A stretch of 64,000 nt of DNA from Nageia nagi (Eukaryota; Plantae; Pinophyta). The translations under genes and the position numbers were made by a program. How positions within the stretch are numbered: the stretch's first letter is position 1; every line of letters begins with the position of its first letter. Below are positions 40,201 to 50,745 of the stretch, in pieces. The notes beneath the pieces were generated by a model. That model was not told the origin of the DNA. It was given only the letters and a program-made list of their open reading frames with translations, and did no database searches. Location of the stretch: NCBI GenBank assembly GCA_050084985.1, contig JBITNC010000001.1, positions 163,060,001 to 163,124,000 on the forward strand, given 5' to 3'.

Positions 40201-40410
40201 GTACCAAGCATGATCTTTAATAGTCATAAATTTGGTGCAAGATAAGAAGAGACTATTTTCATCTTTCTCTTCATTGTAGTTGACTTTTTATTGATTAATT
40301 TTCATATAACATTGTTGCTTAATCTGTTCATATTTTCCACAAAAGCCATAATATTTTTTGGTTGAGTTATGATTTTTTTCATTTGACCTGCCTCTTCCTC
40401 TATCACAACA
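37240..40410 (-). mobile_element. Ty1/copia internal region (zinc knuckle, PR, INT, RT, RNase H), degenerate, no LTRs found
   Basis: Order along the minus strand: CGKY..IKQQC (~40320), WYLNNSCSNYM (~40200), LELVYVDIYG and QNGVVE (39340-39660), 'ALYGLKQASRA*Y', ORF 37643-37876 'RLDIIFVVSFVARFMHSP..KAKRILFYV'. Confidence 0.85.
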
Positions 40411-41074
40411 AAGTATGTAAATTAATTATATAAGTTTAGAAATTTCTTGGAATGAGCTTTCCAAAAATGTAATGCACACCTTAAAATGAGGTCTATAATG
40501 AAATTTATAGCTCTCTATAGCTTATCTATCTTTTAAAAATAATGGTAGATAATAAACACAAATTTCTCCAAGAAAAATACATGAAATAAAATACCTAATA
40601 AGTAAAATACAACATAGATGATAGAAATACTTTCTATATTGATCCAAAATAGATATACAAACTTTTACAAGTATTTATCAATATAAATTTCTCCTAAAGT
40701 GGAAAAACATAGCAAATTACAATTATAAAGCCACAAAAGTTATATAGAATACTTTCTTCTACTGCTACACAATACAAAATGAATACAATTATATGGAAAA
40801 TATCCCAATACATTCCTTCATGGAGGAGAATGAGTATTTGGGATTGTTTTCAAATTGATAGAATAAAAAGTACACCTAGCAAAGTCAAGAAAACAAAATG
40901 AACACCCATTCTTTACAACAAAATGAACTATGAGAGTATTAATTATCATCTATATATTTGCATTGGAAATTAAAGTATGTGCAATAGTCAACTGGTATGA
41001 TCATTGAGAAAATATTTGAATATTCAACTACCATATATGCAAAAATCAAACCATGGAACATTAATTTATTTCAA

Positions 41075-42060
41075 TGGATTGGACATGAATTACTCAGCAG
41101 AATACCCTCCATCAAAATTGACTTTGAGAAGGATTTATTTTGGTCATGTTTCAAGCACTTGGATTTGACACACACTTTGTCTATATTGTTTCCATGTTGT
41201 TTAAATACGTATCACCTATTATATCATTGAATAATTATCAAACTAAATCTGTTGGACTATTCCATTTAGTTCATCAAGGATGGCCTCTTTCTCCTTCCCT
41301 ATATGTGCTTATTGCAAAGTCTTTAGTTATCTACTTGGAGCTCAAGTCACTCAAGGACTAGTTAGGGAATTTCTCTCTATAAAAATGAAGGGCAATTAGT
41401 CAATGGTCACTTCACTGATGATTCATTTGTTTACCATTTGAGAAGATGAACAATCAATCATACAAGCTCTTCATAGTCCAAATATCTTTTTGAAGGTTTC
41501 TAGTTCTAGTATATAATGGTAGAAAACTTCCTACTTCAGGAAATCACCACTCCCAATGTTAAATTGGCTTAAATTTTTCTAGCAGAATTAACTTTAACTA
41601 AGAAAAATTTATAAGTTTCTTAGAATTCCCTTTGGCTTTCAAGGTTCTCCCTATCAATTCTAGGAGTTAGTTGTACAAAAAGTGAATAAAAAATTGGATT
41701 ACTGGCTTACCAAAAATCTTTCCATGATAGGGAAATTTCAAATATACTCTTATTGGTTCCCTTCATGTTTACTACATATCTTATTGGTTCCCTTCACATG
41801 CATGCTATCATAAGATTAAAAAAAGATCCATTTGGTAACCTAGGATTTTTATTACTTTTCTTGATATTTTCTTTGGGCCAATTCTACCCTAAAGAGAGGG
41901 TTCCATTGAGTAGCCTGAGATATTTGTTGTCCTCCCAAAAGCTTAAGAGGGATGGAACTACTAGATTACAAACAATAAGGAATTACATTGTGTGCAAGTG
42001 GATTATTTTAGCTTTGAAAGGCTTAAAAGCTTGGAAAATGTTGGTTCAATATTTAGTCTT
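41075..42060 (+). mobile_element. L1-clade LINE RT fragment
   Basis: 'IKIDFEK', 'VHQGWPLSPSLYVL', 'GHFTDDS', 'KFLRIPF'. Confidence 0.75.
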
Positions 42061-42084
42061 AATCGTCAAGCGTGGAAGAGCATG

Positions 42085-44760
42085 AAATTAGTGGAAGTTG
42101 ACCTAATTAATTTGATTAATAAAACTAATAAAATTGAAAGGATGAACTCAATTTTCAACTCCACAATCATATCCCTCATTCCCAAAAAGCACAAGTTTAC
42201 TTCCCTTAATGAATTCAAGCTTATCTCCCTTTGTAACTAAATATATAAAATCATTGCCAAAGCTATAGCAATCAAAATAAAAGGTATCTTATTGAACTCC
42301 ATCTCTAACAAACAATTTGGTTTTTTAAATATTAGGAAAATTTATGAGGTTGTGGGAGTAGCATAAGAAATTTTGTGCTCAATCAACCCTAAGAAAATAT
42401 CAACCATGAGACTAAAAGTTGATCTATCGAAGATGTTTGATAAAGTCAATTGTCTCTACCTAAGAATAATCTTGATCCATATAAGATTTTATCTTCAAAT
42501 TATCAATTGGATCATGGGTTGTTTGACCTTAGTTTATTTTTCTCTTTTAATTAATGGTTTAGCCTCTAGTTTCTTTCAAGCCTTCCGTAAAGTAAGAGAA
42601 GAATGCCCCTTATCCCCGCTCTTGTTTCTATTATTTACAAGACTTACTGAAGTATTCTTAAATATAAAATATAAGGTTTTATAAAAGGTATTAAAATAAG
42701 CAAAAGAACAAGGATCTCTCATCCGCCATATGTGGATCATATTCTTCTTTTTTTAGATGGATCAACTAGATGTTTGAAACAATCTCTAAACCTATTTTGA
42801 TAAGCCTCCAAAAAGGAAAACTCAAATATTTTTTTCAACAAGGTTCACCAAGAAAGAATAGGTATGTGTTATAAGCTTTCACTTTCTATTCAATAGATTA
42901 GACCTCCAAAAAGGTCTCAAATACTTGGGTTTCTTTCTAAAAGCAAATGATTTCTCCAATTGGGACTAGTCTTTATTGATAAAAAGATAGAAAATAAAAC
43001 TAGCATATGGTGCAATAGATGGTTACCTTTGGGAGGAAGACTAACCTTAGTCAAATCAATTTTAGAGGCCATTCCAATCTTCTAGTATTCCTTGATCAAC
43101 ATCTTAAAAGGTATTTTATACAAAATTATATAGCTCAACTTTAAGTTTCTTTAGATAGAAAATGAAAGGACAAAGAAGGAATCACTCTAGTAAATTAAAA
43201 AACATTAGCTACACCCAAGGATTAAGGTGGTCGAAGGATCAAAAACACTTCCCTTTTTGGAATAGCCCTTATGGCAAAATGTATCTGGAAGCTAATTTCC
43301 CAAACAAGTCTATGGAGTAAAATTTTACAAGAAAAGGATATAGAATTGTTTATCTTTGGAGGAATTAGGACTCCAAATAAAATAATCATTGAATGGATCT
43401 AGCATTTGGAAGATAATGATCTATGCATACCCCTTGATAGGAGACTAGCTTGCATGGAAAATTGGAAATGGCCTAAAGGTAGAACTTGGCTAAGATCCTT
43501 AGAATAGATGTAGAGATCTTTTCAAACTTTAGAAAAACACAATCAGAAAATTGAGATCATAAATCTAGTCCAAGCAATTAATCCCACCACATTTACCCCA
43601 TGGAGGCAAGATTGGAAGAAAGTGGAGGATTTAAGTCTTCAAGGTCTTGAAGCTATCCATTGGGATAGTTTAATGAAAAGACTCCAAGAAGGACACACCA
43701 AAATTTAAAGACATGAGGATTCCCTAATCTAGACTAAAAATGGTCCCATAGGGGAATATTCACCAAAATTTGGATATAGGACCTTAACAAATGATAGAAA
43801 CGTAGAAGCAACCTAGTGGTGGAAACCAATTTGGAAACTTAAAGCTCTCCTAAAAATAAATTTATACCTATAGTTAGCACTTAAAAAAAAGTGTTACATA
43901 GAAAGTCCTACATAAGAGTAACTAGAATGGCCGAGGAAGATGTCAACTTTGCAAGAAGGATGATGTAACAATAGATCATCTATTAGTCTCATGTTTTTTC
44001 CCCAAACAAGTTTAGAAGGAAGTACCAATGCAACTCAAGATCCCCATAGGTTGGCAAGGAAATACCTTAAAAGAGTGTCTAAAATTTTAGATAGAAAATG
44101 CCTTCTCAAAAAAGTTCAAATCACTCCCTATGTTCATCTCATGGGGCATATGGCTTGCCATAAATGTAGGAAATTTTCGAAGCCATGAAAACCTTCACTA
44201 GCATACATCCCTTTAAATCCTATCCAATTTCAACAACCACTCTTTCTACATCAATTAAAAAATCCAACTCTCCACCTCAACAAATATTGATCAATCAAGG
44301 GCTTGGGGCTTTTCAATGGGGCAAGTCATGATAACTCAATGATTAATGGAGCTAGAAGCACTCTCCACCTAGTCAAGAACCACCATCTCTCCTACCAAGA
44401 AGACTAGGGAAACACAAACAATTTTACCGATCTTTTTTGTACTTAAAATTCTTACACAAAAATCAAAATCCAAAGGCATCAAAGACCTTCAAATATTTGG
44501 GGATTCAAAAGTAGTAATAAATTAGATGAGGGGTGCTTACAAAATGGAAAACCTCTTATCACAACCTCTATTTGCACAAGTCAATGAAGCATTGCATAGT
44601 GCAAGGGACTTCACCTTACAACATATCTTCCAATAATTGAATAATTAGATGAACTTTCAAATGAAGCAATGAGTTTAAAAACATGGACATGCATAATTCA
44701 AGAGCACAAAGGACATTCCTCCATCCAACCATCACCTCAATTTGGGAGATCAAATATAGT
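42085..44760 (+). mobile_element. Plant L1 LINE ORF2 remnant with RT, zf-RVT and C-terminal RNase H
   Basis: 'FKLISLCN', 'LKVDLSKMFDKVN', 'ECPLSPLLF', 'LGGRLTLVKSILEAIP', 'RCQLCKKDDVTIDHLLVSC', 'LQIFGDSKVVI'. Confidence 0.85.
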
Positions 44761-47710
44761 GTTTTACTTATTATTGGAACATTTTTTTAGCAAATTAAAA
44801 ACTATGAATAGATAATTTAGGAATAATGGAAGATTTTTTCTTGGAGATAAAAAGGAATATTTTAAATTATTATAATATCCTAACAAAGGATAAAAGACAT
44901 ACCTTTCAAGCATAAATAGAATCCAATTTCACTTTTTAATTATAAATTACAAATTTGTTTCAAGGGAAAAAAAAATTGAAGTAATAAAAATTTAATACTT
45001 CTATTACCATCTTTAATATATTGAATTTCACATCTTATTTTTGCATTGCACTCTCTTACTTCTTTAATCCATAAGTAATGCTTTAGGTTGAACTTATTGA
45101 TTGGTTGGCCAATTTGCAAGTGTGCTTTTAGTTGAAAAGTCTATAAAACAATTGCAATTCCTTGTTACTTCAGCCACCAACTTTTCATGAACTTAATAAC
45201 CTTTATCATAATAGCATCCCATAAGAGATTTAATTCTCTAGTGCTTCTTGATTGCAAATCTCATATAGCTTTTAGAACTTTAGGAAATTTTAAATTTTGT
45301 ACAAATTCACAATTCTTAAATATTAGAATCTACTCTTCTAACTTAACTTGGTTTGATTATTGTAAATCATCCTCATTCAAGATGCAAAACAAATTTATGA
45401 CTTCACTCTATCCTATCTACAAATTCTATATTAAGATTATAAAAGAAACCTTGAAAAAACACATCTTGCTTCATGTGAAAATATGTTGTCTACTTTCAAA
45501 AAAAAAATTCCATTTCCACTTTCCTTATATTTCAACTCTTACAACACTAAAATAACCAATTGTTTGTTGTAAGCATGTTTAACTTTATATTTTCAAAGAT
45601 CAAAACATACACCTCCTGCAAAACCATGGTAAAATTGTCATGGCTCCAAACTATGCTAAGATAGTCATTGCTCCAAACTAGTTCTAATCTCACATCTGAT
45701 TCTTAGATTTTATATCTTCATTCTCAAAGAATTTATGAAATCATAGAAAGACTTCCCAGATATTAATCAATCTCTTCATTTTTTCCACAAGTTCAGTAAT
45801 CTTTGGTATCACTAAGAAGTGGATGTTCATCCATTTTGAACCACTTCAATGGCGATGAACAATACTAGTTTTGCAATTACGTTAATATGCTTCAAAGAAG
45901 GGTCTTCTAAATATCACCATATAAATTTCGTTCACCGTAAACATCAACTACCACAGCTGCATTTAGTTGAATAAAAATGTGGAGGCAACATTCTAAAATT
46001 TCAAGAAGTGATGCCTTTGACCCTATTTTGGAACTTCTCGATTCTCAAAAAGCTTATGTCCCAATGCTTCCTCGAAGGGAGTAGATGGTTTTTTATGGTT
46101 TTCTATAGCATGGACATCTGATCACAAGAAAAGGAAAAATCGTTGGGTAGAATTATCTTAAACAAAGAAAAGACATGTATGATAACTCCCTGAACCGAAA
46201 TACCAGATGAATTACCAATCAAAATCACATAGGAATACTAGCAAGTTCTCTTTTGATCTCAATTTCAATAAAAGGCCATCTCTAGTACAACAACAAAAAA
46301 GTTACCAAAGTTGGACCTTATATCAACATGTTACTTGAGGAAACCTCTGAAGTAAATGTCATGTTCTTCAAGATTGCAGACAAAACTTTCATCTTTGATG
46401 TCCAAATAAAAGCTTCAATTGGCCAGTAAAAATCCTTCCATCACAGGACTTATATAAAGGGAGAAAATATGAATTGAGTTTATCTCCTGAAATTGCATTT
46501 GTAATAATAGCAAGTAACATAATATTACCTCCATAAACAGGTCAGATCTTAGCTGATTGTTGATATGTTTCAAAATGAATTGTATAGAAAAAAGAATACC
46601 AAGGTAAAACTCAGGCATTCAAATGTTTCTTATTAAAAAACACACACACGAGTTAAGGACAAATGAAGATTTCTTAATGTGTAAGCAAAACAATATATCC
46701 TTGATTAAAAAATTTAGAGGCCGATACAAGGCCACTCAATATAACTTCTGATTTGGCCCATTGAAGGAGCCCGTACCTAAAATCCACAAGTTATTTTTAA
46801 GTGTGTTCAACAACTATGGTATAGTTGCTACTAATCTATAATTTTGATTTCAGCACTTTGCAAGGCCCCAATGATTAGAGTAATATTTTCAGAGATTTAG
46901 GTTTTTACTGGCCTTATTCTCATGTAAAGGGGATGAATAATCATGATGACAATTTAAGTTATTTTCCAACATATGCATCACATACTATCTTACAAGTATT
47001 TTGAGACGTAAAGAACTTTCCAAATGAATCTCAGTCAAAAGAAAAAGAGATATGTGAACAGGCCTTAACAAGAGAAAAAGCGTAAGGGTTCAGAAAGTTA
47101 AGTGTTTGTATGCATCAGCATCTTGCTATATTACACAATATAAGATTCGACTACTAGAATACTTGAGCATTAAGAAAACAAAATCTGATCTTGGCCTGAG
47201 CATTTAAAATCATAGACATCTATTAAGCAATGCAATTCAATGTCATTGTTTGCAAAGCCTGCTATGAAAATGAACGTATGTTGAATAAGAAGAAAGGAAA
47301 CAAATTGATTACTTTGGCTTGTCATGGAATTCACGTAAATAAGAAACAGGAATTTGTGACACATGATTGATCAAAACTTATTCTTATTGCAATTAACAGA
47401 CATTGCATAGAGGGCATTATTTTGGAATTGTGCTTTGAAACAATGAAACTATCCTTGGAAAAAAGAAAATTTATGACATGTCTATCGTCTAAAAAGTCTG
47501 ATCCAAGCACCATTAGAGAAAAGTCAGCAAAATCCAAGCCCCATTCTAATAAAACTTATTCAGTCTCATGGAAATCACCGACTAAGCTGATTGACCATCG
47601 AGAAATGTTTGATTCACAAGAAGGGAAGAGAAAACAAATCTGGGGTTTGGTATCCAAAGGGCGTAAGCTCTAATAAGGCAAAATTCCTAATAAAAGAGCT
47701 TAGCAGAAAC

Positions 47711-48103
47711 CTAATGGACAGCAAGAATCTCTACAGGAGAAGCGGGAGGAAATGTATCTAATGCTTCTATTGAAGGGATAGGGCTCGAAGGGGTGCTTTG
47801 TGGGATAGCCATAAAAAAGGCCTTAGAAGCCACAAGCTTCTTTCTCTGGGGAAAACATGGTCCATAACACCTCACCTTAAAACAAGGGCTCTCCTCCAAC
47901 AAATACAATGCCTGCGGTTGATGAAGAAATTGATCAGCCCTTGCAGAGGAGACACCTGATTCTGCATTAGACGTGATGAAACACCTTGACCTGGCATGGA
48001 TCCTTGCATCTCTGAGTCTGGCCAATGCTCCAGGTTTCAAGTACTTTTGGAGCCTCTGCTCCCTCTTACTTGAGCTCTGGATTCTCCTCAGTGGGCTTTG
48101 CAT
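47711..48103 (-). CDS. Conserved land-plant protein of unknown function (YLKPGALAxLRD and PCFPQRKKL motifs); N-terminus may extend upstream
   Basis: Intact ORF in a GC-richer, non-decayed island, with motifs I recognise from small uncharacterised plant proteins. The track start at 48112 is TTG; the first ATG is at 48103. Confidence 0.75.
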   Translation of the reverse strand: MQSPLRRIQSSSKREQRLQKYLKPGALARLRDARIHARSRCFITSNAESGVSSARADQFLHQPQALYLLEESPCFKVRCYGPCFPQRKKLVASKAFFMAIPQSTPSSPIPSIEALDTFPPASPVEILAVH

Positions 48104-48519
48104 TCTGGCCAAGAATGTCCTCCTTTCTTCTCTTTGAATGAATCAGATGGGCCTGTGGATGTATTGAAATCTTTGTGGATGTTAGTAAGACCTTTGTGGG
48201 TACTGATAAAACCGATGTGGGTGTTGTTAAAACCTTTGTGGGTGTTGAAAAATCCTTTCTGGCTGTTACTTGAACTTTTGTGGGTTTTATGAAATCTCTT
48301 GTGGGTATTGCTGAATCCCTTGTGGGGGTTCAGAAAATACTTGGATGCAATGGAAGAGGGCCAAAGCCAGGGCTTTGGAAGCCCGAGGTTGGACAGATCA
48401 AGGATTTGGTGGCCCCTCTGAATGCAGATAAGGGAGTTGCAGAGGGTTGGTGGGAAAGAAAATGGGGTAGAGAGAGGAAAGAAGAGGGAAGCCATTGTTG
48501 ATTTTAAAATGAAATCCAT
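48088..48519 (-). CDS. Overlapping upstream ORF with 8 x 7-aa (NTHKGFx) repeats; possible frameshifted N-terminus of the 47711 gene
   Basis: ATGs at 48519 and 48495; repeat units differ partly at synonymous positions; overlaps the downstream ORF in another frame. Confidence 0.4.
   Translation of the reverse strand: MDFILKSTMASLFFPLSTPFSFPPTLCNSLICIQRGHQILDLSNLGLPKPWLWPSSIASKYFLNPHKGFSNTHKRFHKTHKSSSNSQKGFFNTHKGFNNTHIGFISTHKGLTNIHKDFNTSTGPSDSFKEKKGGHSWPECKAH
48163..48330 (-). repeat. 21-bp tandem repeat, 8 units (AACACCCACAAAGGTTTTNNN)
   Basis: Exact 21-bp period without indels. Confidence 0.92.
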
Positions 48520-48755
48520 GGCGGGACGAGAGATGAGTTTTTGCTTCTCCCGCGCGATAAAATCGACCGGTTTAAGCGGTAAAGTGACTTCGCCACGTCC
48601 CAAAGAAAGAGATTGGGAGTCAGCTTTACATCGTTCACATGGCAGCTTCGCTGTAAGATATTTGTGAAGTTCCATGATCTTTAGAATTTATACTAACACT
48701 AGAAATTTAGAGAAGTACGACAGGTGAATTGCGTGTTTGGGGCGGGCATTTCTCT
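48515..48755 (-). promoter_or_regulatory. Candidate promoter: ABRE/G-box-like ACGTGGC (48592-48598) and E2F-like TCCCGC(C/G) motifs (~48520-48554)
   Basis: CpG-rich stretch upstream of the gene; short motif matches only. Confidence 0.3.
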
Positions 48756-49110
48756 TCACCACCCTACGCCCAATGGCTGTCGAACTGGATAGTTAACCAT
48801 TTCTTTTTAACTCGTCGAACTAGGATTATGGAAGATTAGAACTGAAGCAATTCTAACCAAAATCTTGAAAACAAAATCTAGACTGCAAATTCGATTGTTA
48901 GAGATGATGATAAAGAGATCGATTATCTAGCTGGAGAGAAGTTCAAATCCTGGGTTAGTTTCCTTTGTTTATATGATTTACAATTATATTCCATTGCTTC
49001 TTTTTATGGGGTTTAAATATACTAATTTGGTTATGGTTATAGTTATGATGTTTCTTACTCTAATAGTTATGATGTTTCCTAATTGAATTTGTAGGTTAAA
49101 GAGTATTATT

Positions 49111-49382
49111 AAATTTTTTTTATAATAAAAAGTTATATATAATTTTTTTACATTTAAATTGTATAAGAGATTATCAAAGAAGTATAGGTTTAATGTTTGA
49201 AACATTTGATTGATAATGTTCAAAATCAATGTTTAATTTCGTATGCAATTAAAATGCAAAAAAATTATATACAATTTTTTATTATTAAAAAGTTATGTAT
49301 GTATATATATAAAAATTATCAAAGAAGTATAGGTTTAATGGTTGAAAGCATTGATTGATAATGTTCAAAATCAATGTTTAAA
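49111..49382. repeat. ~150-bp two-copy tandem duplication
   Basis: ttatcaaagaagtataggtttaatg...gttcaaaatcaatgtttaa at 49171-49236 and 49316-49381. Confidence 0.85.
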
Positions 49383-49449
49383 CTATATATATATGTAAAA
49401 ATAAGGTTTTTTAAATGGCCTAAACCCTTTTACAAGATTAAATTAGCCT

Positions 49450-50745
49450 ATCCTATATTTTACATTCTATTTTTTTTACTAAAACTTAAATTTCATACAC
49501 AGAACTTCAAACACCTTCTTACAAGATCAAACCAAAAATATTTCTAAGAATGTGCAATTTATGTCCAAAAATACATATGTTTTCAACCAACCTCTAAAGG
49601 TTGTATCTTCCACTATTGGTTGCCACTAATTGTAAAATATTTGGGTGAACCTCAATTGGGAACATCCATCCCATGCCCTCTTCTTTGATTACCCCCTAAT
49701 TTGCAAGCCAATCTACCACTTTCTTGTCTTTTATATAAATATGAATAACCTTATATTTTTCCATTGATCTCATATGACAATGTGTATCTTCAATAATGTT
49801 CTTCACTTTCTAGGTCATGTTTGCTCTATTATTTAAATTATTGACAATGTTCAATTAGTTGCCCTTTAGGATACGCTTCCTTACTCCCAAATGCATTATC
49901 ATTTTAACTATTGTTAGGGCTACTCTAGCCTTTGCTTGATGGAGCTAGTTATATTTTCAAAGTACTCACGCATTGCTCTTATTAACCCTCCTTAATTAGT
50001 TATAAGAAAAAATCCTCCTCCAACCTATTCATGATTACCTTTAAAAACCCATCAAAGTTAAGTTTCAACCACCCTTGGGTAAGTGGTTGCCACTTGATTT
50101 CACTTCATAAGCCAACTAAGAATATAACATTTATATCTATTGGGAGGAGATCCCATTGAGTGTTAATTATTAATTCTTTTTTTATTGTGGGCTTACCTTC
50201 ATCTTCAACACTTTTAAATTTTCTAATGTAATTTTTATTATGTGTTCTCTATTTTTATTATTGATATATTTTCTCCTTTAAGATTCTCTTATTCTTTACA
50301 ACTACACCCCCATGGAAAAAGGAAATATATCAAATTCCAAATCTAATTTACCCTTGGATTTTTAAAAAGTTTTTCTCATTGTTCTATCTATTTAATTGTG
50401 GTTTAGCATAAACCCCAATATATCCTTATTTCCTTTAAGATTTAGAACGAACAATTACATTTAAAAAATGCAAGGTTTATCATCTCTTTATGATTTTTAC
50501 ATAAATAACATTTATCAAGGAAATAAAATCCTATTTAATGTAAGTTATTTGTTGGAAGGATTTTATTTAACATTGCCAACCATAAAAATATGGTAGTATT
50601 TATAGTGGAATTCCTACTTCATATTCTTTCTCATTGAAAATATCCTCTTTGGGTCATCAATACTAAATCATATGTTGTTTTTACTATAGAAGAACCTTCC
50701 TTTTTTTCCCCTTATATTAGTGTATTCTCCTCCATGGGTGGGCTT
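49450..50745 (-). mobile_element. Plant L1 LINE 3' remnant (RNase H region)
   Basis: The minus strand at ~50050-50093 reads WQPLTQGWLKLNFDG, typical of the plant L1 RNase H N-terminus. Confidence 0.65.

Larger units (their letters stand above)
13682..41075. repeat. Local tandem segmental duplication: copy A 13682-~25075 (excluding its TE insertions), copy B ~25226-31402, copy C ~31405-38732, partial copy D ~40420-41075
   Basis: Colinear blocks: 13682 with 25225; 22800-23595, 25700-26690 and 31920-32785; 26700-31402 with 32785-38732; 28900-29830, 34980-36910 and 40430-41070. Confidence 0.9.

Noticed and set aside
45187-45555. 122-aa ORF and similar AT-rich ORFs (e.g. 55441-55866, 48984-49229)
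   Set aside because: Composition typical of chance ORFs in AT-rich DNA, with no motifs or splice support.
48098-48292. Plus-strand hydrophobic LWVL-repeat ORF
   Set aside because: Antisense reading of the 21-bp repeat; the synonymous pattern and gene orientation favour the minus strand.
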